A stretch of DNA of 56,964 nt, filler included, from Sphacelaria rigidula (lineage: Eukaryota): assembly GCA_964200075.2 (NCBI GenBank). It is 7 parts of 7 records of this genome, joined end to end, with 100 filler letters (N's around TTAATTAATTAA, not from the genome) between each part and the next. Parts side by side here need not be neighbours in the genome. Positions count along the whole stretch, not along the records: positions 40,763 to 48,813 come from CAXNAA020012490.1; positions 48,914 to 56,964 come from CAXNAA020012491.1; 5 more parts are not named here. One strand, given 5' to 3'. A program made the translations under genes and the position numbers. The notes below the pieces were generated by a model that searched no databases, was not told the origin of the DNA, and saw nothing but the letters and a program-made list of their open reading frames with translations. How positions within the stretch are numbered: position 1 is the first letter of the stretch; each line of letters starts with the position of its first letter. This document shows, in pieces, positions 45,589 to 56,964 of this stretch.

Positions 45589-48476
45589 ATGAGCAGCGAC
45601 GTTCTCAAGGCCGGCGTGTTGGAGGTCACTGTGGTGCAGGCTGTGGGCGTCGGGTTGACTGGATCCGGCGCCACGTTGGCTCGCGGGTAAGCTGTATCAG
45701 TGCGCTATTTCCACCCCGCTGAAAGGACGTGTTATAGGAATGCCATTGGCATAATACTGTACTGTACTGTACCACTCTGATACCACTGCAATACCACTGC
45801 AGTACCACTTTTATTTTTTGCTGTGAAGAAGACCCGTGCGGCATTCTGTATATGGCAGCAGCAGCTATCCCTTGCGGAGGCAAACCGTTGCCACGGAGTT
45901 TGCGCTACAGGGGTCGCCGAACATTCCATGTACGTGCCGCGCGGTCGTGGCGAATTTATCCGTGCACCATGTTTCACGCATCAACACGGCATCGCAAACC
46001 GATAACCACAACATCACATCAGCCTTCCACGTCCATCGCCCGCGTGATCGTCTCTCACCTGCTCAGACGCCGAAAACCGGCCATCTTCGCTCGCGTCACC
46101 GTGGATGGAACCACCAAGTCAAGTCCGCCGGCGCCTCGCAGTCATCACCCCGTTTGGTTCCCAGCCCGACCCCCGCCGATCGGGCAAGAAAACGACCATT
46201 CCACCGCCTCTTCACGGGCCTCAGGAGGCAGCATTTTCGCGGCAGATCTCCGACTGGATGAGGAAGGAGAGAGGTTGCCAGGTCGCCGCAGTTCTCGAGG
46301 CCTTCTGGGAGACGGGGTGCGTGACGGCAGATTTGATAATGCGGGCCTGCTCGACGGCACACGGGGTCGATACGGTGGCGGCAGTGGCGGCGGTGGCGGC
46401 GAGGCTAGTGTGCGAGGGGGCTCCGTTGGAGGCGTGTCCGACGTCTCGAGCGGGAGCGGAGGGGCGCACGGCAACAACAGCGGGAATGTTGCCCGGGGTT
46501 TGCTATTCGAAGTGCGAGAGTTTTATGGGCCATGTCGCATCGAGGTGGAGTTGGTGTCTGGAGGTGGTGGTGGCGGAGGGGGGGGGCTTGGCAGCGGTGG
46601 TCCCGGGAGTAGCGGCGGGACTGTGCTCGGTCGGTGCGAGGCTCGCCTTGCGGAAGCTTTGATCGGGAGGGGGGGGTCAGGTTCGTCTGCGAGTGCAGGC
46701 TTGACCAAAGATCTTCCTCTTGCGTATGCGTGTGGTGCTGTCAGCAAGGGTGAGGGAGGGAAGAGCGTGGATTGGATTTCCTGAGAGGTTTTCAGGGGTT
46801 GTGAGAGTAATTTAGGGGGTAGCACGGGAACAAAAATGCGGCTACCCTCGAGTGGGTTCCGATCTGCTGTAACTGCTTACAGTAGGTGCTGATGTACTTG
46901 GTGTTCTGTGTAGGCTCTGGAGTATAGGATGTTGCGTATGTCATTGTCTGGCCAATCATGTTGTCATTTCTTTTTTTTGCGTACCAACCCTCGTGTGCGT
47001 GTATCCACCTTTGACTTGACGTCTGTTCTCGTGTGGGGTCAATGGCACACGCCAGATGTGGAATCGGCCAAAGGGGTCGGTGCCAACGCAGCCCCATTCT
47101 CTGCCGTTTCCGAAACGCAAACACTGGCCTTGGAAGCAACCGTCGACAGCAGCAGCAGCAGCAGCAGCAGTGACGTCGCTAACGAAGAAGCCACCGGTCG
47201 TTTGGCCCGCGATGAAGGAGGAGCCGACCCCTCATTACCATCTACAAGGACTCCCGCACCACCGGTCGGCAGAGATGTCGCGAACATTGTCGAAGATGAT
47301 TCAATACGACCTCGATCGTCGTGCTTCCCAGGCGGTAAGGTCTTTGGCAGGTGGTGCCGACGGGGGGCTGTAGTTGGAGAGAACGTCCCAGGCTCCGCCT
47401 CAGGTGGCGAGGGGGGTACCCGGACGGGTAGAGGAGATGTGAACCGTTCGGCTGATGTACGTGGTGTCGTCGGATCGAAGGGGGAAGGACGGGCCTCCAC
47501 GAGTCGTAGCAGTAGCAGTAGGTGGGGCAGCAGCTCGGGTAGGATGAGCTGGGGCTGGCGGGGTGCCTTGTCGGGCAGTGAGCGAAGCAGCGTGCGATCT
47601 GTTGGCAGCGCCAGAGCCTCGGCGAAGGACTTGATGAAATTGGCGACCAACGGTAACAGTACGCCTTCGATAAAGGAGGCGGAAAAACTCGCCTTGGCGG
47701 ATTGGGGTGGGTGTCAGGGGCCGAGCGGTGGCGCCGGGGCTGCTAGGGATATTTGGAAGGAGATTTTGCCTGCCGGTGGCGGGGGAAGTGGGGGAGGAAT
47801 GGTAGGGACAGGCAACAACGCCTTGGCGGCGGTGCGGCTACGACTGCGGTTTGTGCCCATATGGGACTGCTTGGAGGTATGCCTTTGTTGCTGCTGCTGT
47901 CACCTTGCGGGCGATGGTGGAATTGCGTCGTCGGTGCTGTCGCCGTCGTTTTGTGTCCACCGCCACGCGGTGGCCGGAATTCTGCTTGTTTCGTCGTCGT
48001 ATGCGCGCAGCATCTGCGGTGGGGTCTTGTGTTTTCGCCCGGGTAACCTCAATGATGCCGTACACATTGCGTTGTCTGTATCTCGGATACACCCGATTAT
48101 CTACACAGTAGTTTCACCGAAGATTCCATACGCTGTACTGGGCAGGCAGGTTATGTTTCGGACAAGAGGTGAAGCGGTGGGCCACCCCGTGCCTGACATT
48201 CCACGAGAACCGATTGGGTGATATTTGCTAGTAACGAAACGGTGCATGCGCATTACGGTCGAGTTGTCTTCTGTGCGACTACACTCCTATCTGTACTTGA
48301 TGCTCCCTCATCAAGCCAGCTGGCAGCATAGGCGCGTTCCGAGTCAAGCCGTCTTTTCGATGTGCTCACCCCTTCCGTGTTGCATCGGTCTGTCCTGGTT
48401 CGATTTGCAGGGTTCCGGAGGTGGTGGTGGGCTGGAGGCACTTCACGCCGCAGCGCGTGATGGAGATGCACTCATG
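45589..48476 (+). CDS. C2-domain plus ankyrin-like repeat protein, partial (exons 45589-45686, 46067-46749, 47056-47876, 48411-48476)
   Basis: Phase-compatible GT-AG junctions (GG|A, G|AT, GAG|GGT). C2-like strands AGVLEVTVVQA, AIFARVTVDGTTKSS, HPVWF, LLFEV, RIEVELV, VLGRCEARL and VRLRLRFVP are followed by LHAAARDGDALM. The start codon is tentative and the gene runs off the segment. Confidence 0.72.
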
Positions 48477-48925
48477 GTACGTAATGGCAACACACGACGT
48501 GAGAAAAACACTAGCAACTGCGGTAACGTGTCGGGTGGCGGTTGGACAGAGCCGTATGCTCCACCACGTCGAAGTGCGCGGCACCCCGACAAGCGGCGAA
48601 ATTTTGAGTCTGTTTTTTTCGCGAGGAAGTGTGACTTGCTTTGATTCTCGTTTGTCGTCTTGCACTCCAGTCACACGAAAACGGGAACTAGTCGCGGACA
48701 TGTTGGCTGGCAGATAAAGCACCCGGTATATACTGTAGTCAGTTTGGATGATTTGACGTGTAAGGCCGCTTCCTATAATAGACAAAAATAAAAACCCGGA
48801 AAAATGTATTTTTNNNNNNNNNNNNNNNNNNNNNNNNNNNNNNNNNNNNNNNNNNNNTTAATTAATTAANNNNNNNNNNNNNNNNNNNNNNNNNNNNNNN
48901 NNNNNNNNNNNNNGCGTGGGTGCGC

Positions 48926-49710
48926 CTTGGACCATGGATCAACTTTTTTCTCCCTTTTGGGCAATCAGGCCAAATAAATCGTGAATTTGGTGATTTTAAG
49001 TCGTGATGATTTGTCCTAACCGTGAACCCTTTTTGGAGCTGTTGATGGAAGAATGACGATTCACGATTAACGTTTTCTTGGGCAAGTTATTCTGGTTGTT
49101 TTTGTGCAAGTGTTGATGATGCAGCACACCTAAACGGTGCACCACTCTAAGTTTAAGTAAAGACTAATGTGACAGATTCGTGCACCGAAATCGAAGTGAC
49201 GTTTTCCGGTGACGAAAGCTCGCATATGGTGGTTTGTACTGCTTTTCGCGAGTTCCGAAAGGGTTGAGGGACACCGTTCTAGTTCGGACTACCGGCCGCG
49301 GTGGCTGCGGTGTGTCTGGATCATTCCCTGTATGGTATTGATAATGCCCATCCCCAGTTTGAAAGTTCCCTCACAATTTGTTATTATCACGAGGTACCTA
49401 CCCCCATGGACCATCGATGTTTCCAACGCGTGGTCGCCCAGGGATCTTTCCAAGGGTCGGACAAGTCAATGATTCGTCTGGAAATTACTTGGGTTTAGTG
49501 TAATTGATTCGAATAGTATGAATAAATCCCTAGGCTTTGTTTTCAGCGTTGCAACCCAGGTGCACGCAGCCCAGACACGTGGAATGGCGCAAAAGTTGCG
49601 TGGATACTCCTTGGACCAGCGGTCACCTTTTTTCTCCCTTTTGGGCAATGAGGCCGAAGAAATCGTGGATTTGGTTATTTGAACCCGTGACGATTCGTCC
49701 TCACCGTGGA
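48926..49710. repeat. ~100-bp direct repeat pair about 685 bp apart
   Basis: CCTTGGACCA...TTTTTTCTCCCTTTTGGGCAAT.AGGCC...AAATCGTG at 48926 and 49609. Confidence 0.7.
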
Positions 49711-50044
49711 TTTTTTTATCCTTCGACCGCGGGTCTGAATATCAGGGTCGATGCGATGAAATAAAAAGATAGCGCCCGTACCCACACCCGGTGCCCCACA
49801 TAGTGTGTCACGCGATCGATGAAGGAGCCTGACCTTTCCGTCCCTTCGCTACGGATTCGTCAGACACAAGAGTAGACATGATTGCAAGGTTGGATTCTGT
49901 ACGGGTACGGTTTTTCGTATATAGCTGGGGTATGTACCCGGGCATTACCCGCACCCGGCAGTCCTGTAAGATCTGCACGGAATGTTTCACACGTCGGGCA
50001 ACTCATGAGTTCACTCAGGTATGCTGTACATCTCACAGGCCGAA

Positions 50045-50292
50045 AATATGCACCGATGAGTTATCTTCTAGAACTCGCCTGACCATAATGTGCACCGCTG
50101 AGTCATGTTCTGTACCTCACCCGGTCAGAATATGTACCGCTGAGTTATTGCCGTATAAATCACTCGGCCAGAATGCGCGCCGCTGAGCTATGTTCTATAA
50201 CTCACCAGATCGGAATGTGCACCGTTGAGTTATGTTCTAAAACTCACCTGACAAGAATGTGCACCGCTGAGTCATGCTGTGTAACTCACAGG
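50045..50292. repeat. 42-bp minisatellite, about 6 copies
   Basis: Unit is approximately AATGTGCACCGCTGAGTTATGTTCTATAACTCACCTGACCAG, starting near 50045, 50087, 50129, 50172, 50214 and 50256. Confidence 0.85.
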
Positions 50293-52796
50293 TTAATTGT
50301 GATGAAAAGGGTTATGCCATACCTTGCACCCGACCGGAAACATGCATACCCTGGACAGTAGAATACAGTCAAGAAGTGTACTGCGTACACTGTCGACTAT
50401 TGTGCCTATTACATAATACAAAATATTCCATACTGTACGTGGTACATTTGTCTACAATATAATCCATTGTTCAGGGTGTGGAAACATGCGGAACACAGCG
50501 GTCAACACTAGTTATTTATGTAAGTCGAGACACGTGATCACGTGACATGTCTGCCGGCACATGTGACGTGAGAAACCTCGGGTAGATCCGCATAATACTG
50601 CTGCAGGTGTAATATGAAAACATACGAGCTGGGCCAGCAGTAAATCCCGCATGTGCATGTCACACCATAACTTGCCAACTTTACCAAATCAGCCCGACTT
50701 GAGTATATCGGTGTAACCTGCAGACCAACGTGGTAACGCACGGGCCCGCTGCTAGATGAAAAAAAATGAAGAAAAATGTACTGCATAATATATCACCTAA
50801 CCGGCAAGTCTTGGTTTGGTGTTGGGCTTGAAGTACGCTGTGTAAGCGAACATAAACCGCTTGATCCATTGCTTGATGCAACCTGATCATGACTCCTAGC
50901 AAACCCAAGTGAGCCAGATGACTAGCGTTCGGCACCCTAACACCAGAACAAGCAGAGCCAAGGACTTTTCGCAAAAACGCGGCAAGACTAAAAACTGAAA
51001 CTGTCAAAAACGCGGTCGGGGGAAACGGGTTGATTGAGTTGGGGCAAAAGATCGAGGCGGGGGAGGGGGGCAGTTGCGACGAACCACAAACCCTTCACCC
51101 GTCTGTGACCGCAGCACTGCAACGGCCGCACTAGTGTGGCTGAGGGGGTGTAGCCGGAGGATCTGCGTAATTCATTTGGCGTAATCATTTTTACTTGCTT
51201 GCTTGAATCATCTTGTGCCTTGAATCATCAAAGAACCATTGATAAATAAATCTAAAACAACACTCAACACTGCTCACACCATTGCACACCATCCAAGTTT
51301 ATTCATGAAACACACGAACAAACCACGCACGGCTCGTGCGTATCGTTTCGACAACGTGTTGCTGAGCAACTGACGCCCCAAAGGCTGATAAACAGGTGTC
51401 TCGTCTGAGGAAAAAAAAAATCAAATCAGGAGCTGCTGAGGGGGGGGGGAAGGGGAGGTAGTGTGGATCCAGGAATATTTTTTTCACCCGCCCTTGAACC
51501 GACGGAAAAAAAAGGAATCCGTCGGGATTCGTACTCGTGACCTCCATAACTGGAGTCAATTGCATCACTTGGATTAAAGGAGCGCAGCCGGACCACACGA
51601 ACAGTCGGATGCTGCGCCCAATTCTTGGAATTTTTGAACGATATATTTTCTACAAACAGCTGTCGGTGTCATGATCCGCGCAGCCATGCCACACGAACAG
51701 TCGGATGCTGCGGCCTTTTCTATTTCGACTTACGTGAACATTTTGCCTCTCCAAACCGATCACTTTTGGGGGGACTTATCGTGAAAAGTGTTGCGATTCC
51801 CAGAGGCTCGTTTTCGCGGCGCTGTCGCGACCGCCACGGTGGGCGCGTTTGACGCCCCCTCGAACGGTACGCACCTCTCCTTCCCCAACACCAAAAAATC
51901 GTCGGCCGATTTTTGGTGGGAAAAAAACACAAAGTTACGAAACTTACAAGCGCGTGTACAGATGGGGGATTCCATCTTGAAGAGAGTGTTGACCCGGAAA
52001 CGGCTGTTCGAAAAAAGAACATGTCCAAAACTGCAAACATACCTACGGGTTGTTGTGGACAAATTGAAGTCGAGGAGTACGGACGCTGATGTTCGTCGTT
52101 CGGTATGTACGTGCAGCTCGTACGCCTATCATACACGTAGTATCATGAACCTGCGTATATGTGCTACCCTGGATTACAAGCGCTTCTCGTCCTTGGCACA
52201 TACTTACAAGCTGGTTCTGCCAAGGCAGCGCAAGATTCCTTCACTAGCTGCTCTTTTCGGAAGATAAAGAAGAAAGAGGGTAAAGCGTGTCATGATCCAC
52301 GTAACGCTGGGATCGAGGCGAACACAGCGCCGTCGCCCGAATCGCCCGGCGATCTCTGTAGGATGCTTGCCAAACAAATAAACTGATTTTCGATCAACAG
52401 CTACGCTGATTGAATTCGCGGGTCACTCTAACAGTAAATGGGTGCAAGAAAACTACCCGAACTCTCGTCCCGCTAGACGCCTCCATATTTCTGTTTGCTA
52501 TCGTGGGTACGCCTAAGCGAATGATGGGTAACCCGTCGCCGTTTGGAAACGCGCGGGTAGTACCGTCAGTGCAGACAATACAGACACTACAGGATACGTG
52601 CCGAATACTTGTAGCACAGAACAGTGCAGCGTAGTGCAGCAGTACAGTGTAGAGTGATGCTGCGATAGCTCGTCCAGACATCTACAGCTGTCGGTGTCAT
52701 GAGTCACGCCATTATCAAGAGAATTCCATGAAAAAATGATGTGAAGGGGCACTGTAACACCCGCCCCCTCGGGCGCCAGGTCGCAATTTTGTTAAT

Positions 52797-53160
52797 GTTA
52801 TTATTATTGTCATCATTGTCATTATCAATGAGAATTATCATTATCATTATCATTATCATTATCATTATCATTATCATTATCATTATCATTATCATTATCA
52901 TTATCATTATCATTATCATGATCATTATCATCGTATGATTACCATTACCACTATCATTATCATTATCATCACCATCATTATTATCGTTATCATTATCGTT
53001 ATTGTTATCATTGCCATTGTCATTGCCATTTTCATTGTATCACCATTATCATCATCATCATCATCATCATCACTCTGTCATCATCATCGTCATCATCATC
53101 GGTATCGGTATCAGTATCAGTACCGTAATCACAATCATCATTATCATCGGCATCATCATC
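52797..53160. repeat. (ATCATT)n / (ATC)n microsatellite complex
   Basis: Tandem hexamer and trimer repeats seen directly. Confidence 0.95.
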
Positions 53161-55047
53161 CTATTTACTATTAGCGTAATGTTTCTCTGCTCTTTGGTTT
53201 GATCAGTACATCGGCGTCTGGTTCTCCCATACTTTATCCAAGTAAAAATGATCCTTTTCGGTATGATTTTCTCCAGTAGACACTCGAACTAAAGAGGAGA
53301 GAACTGTCACTCTTCTCTGTCGGCCCGCAGAAGCAGGCCAAAAGGTACCCCGTCACACAGCTGTCAATTTTTTCGTGCACACAATGGATTTGAAAACGCC
53401 GTATTCTGGAGTTTACCAATACAAGTCACTGCTGCATCCACGCGCAGCAAGTCTTTTCAGTTAGCATGACAAACCACCGTCACCTAGCCTGGACACCCAT
53501 CGACCAATAACGGGGGTCTGCCGTACTTGCGCTGCCAGAACACAGTGTGATGTGTGCTCTCCGCCCTCATCTATCTACCCAAGTGCACTATCAACCAGAA
53601 CGATGGAATTGGAGCTGTATACTCTCTTGGGGATCTGTTACGCTGTACACCGTATGTAATACCCACCAGCTCCGAAACAAAAATATGCGTCCATGTGAAA
53701 GAGACAGTCCACGACTCCATCTTGAGCAAATTTTGTTGCACAAACACGGTTGGCCCTCATCCACCACCTCACGGATTGCCGAAAGAAGGAGCACTGTGTA
53801 TAGGCTTGCAAGAGCTGCACCCACCTTGCTCGAGGGCTCTCAGTGTGCCTTCGTTGGGGTGAGGGTGAGGGTGAGGGTGAGGTGCGGACGGTACAGTAAA
53901 GTACACAGCTAGCAGTATACTGCATAGCCTTGGCGAGAATACTCATGGCTCTCTCATGTGTGCCGGAACTTTGGGATGTGTTCACACATGGTACCGTAGG
54001 GTGATGTGACAAACTTGGCACAGGCACGTGATGTTGAAAAGTACTGCTGTACAAACAGTGCGCAGTCAAAACAGCACCACACACAGTAGGGAAATAGCTG
54101 TCTTGAACACCCGTTCGATGGGTTCAGCGGTGGCCGTCTCCGTGCTACATAACTGCTGCTGCTTTTGCCGCTGGCTTGTGGTCACCCGCCAGTGTGTGTG
54201 CGTGTGTGTGTGACCTGTGCTGCTGCTGTGTGTGTACACACACACCCCATCCAAGAGCAGTGGACAGGCAAGGGTAGTACGTCACACATGCATATATCTA
54301 TCTCGACACTCTCAAATCAAGACAACTGCGGACAAACATCTTTGTTTTGGAAACATGCATACGCAGTCTCAAATGAAGAGGAGTGCGGACAAACCTCTCT
54401 GTATCGGGAAAACATGTGTATGCACCCTCAAATGAATTAATGCCCTCAAATGATTATGACTGCGGACTATCCTCTCTGTATTAGAAACAGTGGTGTGAGG
54501 TAGCGTTGGCATGTTGTTGGCAGCCCACAAGCGTGTGCCATACGTGCAGTGGCACCGCACCGTCCCAACATGAGCGCTTTCCTTTGTCGTGTACTGCAAT
54601 AGACGCAATAGTCGACACTGTACGCTGTACACTTCTTGACATTGTAATACATTGTCCAGGGTGTGGACTTGTCTTACACCACCATATGCCTATCCATCAG
54701 TCAGTGGACAGCGACTATGTCACACAAAATCCGACTGTAATATGATCTGGCTTGCTCGCAGCTAGCCGAAAAACATTGCCTAACGGACTGGGATCCGAAA
54801 ATCAACCCACGAGAGAAAATCGCCTGTAGACGGGTTGAAATCCTCATATTTGTACATGTCGACATTGGTTGCCATGAAAGACGGCCTAAAGAAACCCTAC
54901 TCGCGAATAAAAGGGGAGGCGAGCACCGCAGGAGGAAGGCGGAGTTCTCAAGACAAAATAAAAACTCGGGCGTTCCTGTGTGAAAGTATTTTATCTTGCC
55001 AGTACGTGTCTCTCTGTCTTCACAATAAAGACGAAAATAACAACACC

Positions 55048-55594
55048 GAGTAGTGGGCGGTCTAACTAGTCATTTTGTGGCATTATATGATTTTTTAGTA
55101 ATTGGCGATTTTCTTGGGCTCTTTTCGCTTGCCACCACTTATCACATCGGGGGATCTGAAGATGTTTGCATCCGCTCCGCATTCCAAGAAGAAAACATCA
55201 TCTGTGCTTAATATTGAGTGACGTACGGGCTGACCGATCATCGGGGGTCCTGCCACGTTTCAGCCCAGATTCTCACTCTTCTGCATTCTCGGTCGATCGA
55301 GTCCGTCCCGATCATATTTGTAAATATATGTGCAGTTTTATTTTTTCGAATTCTGCCTCCTCATTGCACTAGTGCCGAAAACTGTGTTTCACGGTCAATA
55401 ACGCCCTCCTGATGAACGGGGTATTTACGTTTCGCCCGATAACACCAACAACACTGACTTGGGCACTTTGTTTCGAGGATGATCTGCTTTGTTGTACCAA
55501 AATCTACCGACGCTAACAATCACGAGTTCTATCGAAGAGTAGTGCGCAAGGATAACCCCCAAACACTCCTCAATAGCTAGACCGCCCATTACTG
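55048..55594. mobile_element. Putative MITE
   Basis: TIRs AGTAGTGGGCGGTCTAACTA / TAGCTAGACCGCCCATTACT; TSD not clear. Confidence 0.55.
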
Positions 55595-55603
55595 TAGTGA
55601 TCG

Positions 55604-55898
55604 GTCGCTCCGGTGGCTTTATTCGTAGCCTCTACCCCTTCTGATGGTTGGGTCGTTGGTTCGAACCTCGATGAAGTCACACAAACTGAAATTGTTCTCA
55701 CACCATGCTCAACAGTGGAGAGCGACTATGTCGTGGGTATCCGATGTTCGACTGCATGGTCGACGAGGGAAAGGGACTGCTGAATCCCCCTTGCGATGAA
55801 AAACTAGCGCAAGCACCGCAGAAGGAAGGAGAACTACCAAGACAAGATTAAAAAAAATTAAACGCCCGTTTTGGCCTTACCCTTGCGTGACCCCAGCT
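55604..55898 (+). mobile_element. tRNA-derived SINE family 1 with A and B boxes
   Basis: GCTCCGGTGGCTTTATTCG (A-box-like), GGTTCGAACCTCG (B box), core shared with 17665-17902, tail CCTTGCGTGACCCCAGCT. Confidence 0.72.
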
Positions 55899-56147
55899 AC
55901 ACAATAACCCTCAGACATCAAGCGTCGCCTCGGAACAGCTTCACAGGCTGACAGTCCACGGATGTCCGGAGTTTTCCACTGAGCAAAGGCACAACAGCAT
56001 GCAGTAGACTGTGTTCAGAGACAGTGATGGCACGCGTAATGTGTCTTGCCGTTGTATCCAGCAAAGGTATACAGCACACATGCTGACTCTGCACTCACGT
56101 GAGCACTACGGAAGAAGGGAGTAAGCGTGACCATTAGGGATGTTAAA

Positions 56148-56719
56148 CGGAGGGGGGAGAGGGGTTTAGCCCCCGAAAAGTGTGCAGGCTGTTCGGCGAT
56201 ACCTCACCGCCATATACCACTCTTAACGGAGGATCCTGAGAGATGGGGTTGAAGATTCAAATGACGTTCAACTTCATAATAGTGCTTTCCTGATGTGATT
56301 TTCATATATGGACGACCTCATCCCCTCCAATCTCCCTGAAACTAGTCTGGGGGGTTTCCAGCCTTCCGTTCCCGCAGAGGGTATGCGCAAAAACGCATTT
56401 TTGCCTCGATTTCGGGAAGAAGGGGGACGCTTTCTAGCCCGATCATGGTTTGTTCGCATATAAGTCGTACCCTGTGGGGGAACGGGAGCCCGGAAACCTC
56501 CCAAGATAGCTTCAGGGAGATTGGGAGGGGGGGATTATGTCGTAGATATGAAAGCCGTATGTCAAAACTTCAGATCGTGAAAACATTGCTCTGAAGTTGG
56601 AGCTCATCTTGATGTTCAACCACATTTCTCAGGATCCTTCGTCAAGAGTGCTCTATGGCCGATGAGATGTGGTCGAACAGCCCGGACACTTTTCGGGGGC
56701 TAATCCCCCTCCCCCCCCG
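56148..56719. mobile_element. Foldback element with ~240-bp imperfect arms
   Basis: Matching pairs TTAGCCCCCGAAAAGTGT/ACACTTTTCGGGGGCTAA, AGGATCCTGAGA/TCTCAGGATCCT and CCAATCTCCCTGAA/TTCAGGGAGATTGG; spacer ~75 bp. Confidence 0.8.
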
Positions 56720-56964
56720 GCCCCCTGATGAGACACCCATGAGGCAGTGTAAAAGCCGTGGCTGTCTCTGGAAGTGGCGATACCAGAAACTAGAGCAACT
56801 CGTTGTAGGCTGTTATCCAAATGCAAGATAATCGGCAGGTCTCGAGCCGAACACTCTTCGCAGGATGCAGCTCACCGTTCATGCGACTCGCCGAACACAC
56901 CACGGCGCTTCGCGCTTGGTGATTGAGTGCGACTTCGGTCCGGCGAAAATCCGGCGTGCTCCGT

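Noticed and set aside
9317..48476. One long gene joining all plus-strand exons
   Set aside because: The exons lie on different concatenated contigs.
50045..50292. CRISPR-like array of palindromic repeats (also considered for 5690-6140 and 16940-17420)
   Set aside because: The units are contiguous and degenerate along their whole length. There are no unique spacers and no cas genes, and the context is eukaryotic.
52704..53202. Poly-Ile, poly-His and Met-Ile ORFs
   Set aside because: These are translation artefacts of ATC/ATT microsatellites.
50348..54663. 4.3-kb element bounded by ~65-bp inverted repeats
   Set aside because: Better explained as two oppositely oriented copies of a small repeat, since a matching end already occurs at ~50470. 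No TSD was found.

Overview
This is eukaryotic, repeat-rich DNA. The long introns, Gly/Ser-rich exons, copia elements and repeat types suggest a brown-alga-like stramenopile (inference). The window is not one locus. It is seven pieces of 8053, 8053, 8052, 8052, 8052, 8051 and 8051 bp joined by identical 100-nt N linkers carrying TTAATTAATTAA, which looks like size-sorted unplaced contigs. Mobile elements: a decayed intron-containing DDD transposase (Sola-like); MITEs with 4-bp TSDs; a decayed minus-strand Ty1/copia element; a tandem pair of copia elements sharing one 454-bp LTR with a half-tRNA-iMet primer site; a chain of ~97-bp piggyBac-type MITEs joined at TTAA; two tRNA-derived SINE families; and many foldback elements, MITEs and minisatellites. 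Host sequence: exons of at least three genes, one encoding a C2 domain with large low-complexity insertions followed by an ankyrin-like repeat. I found no intact autonomous element, rRNA or CRISPR array.
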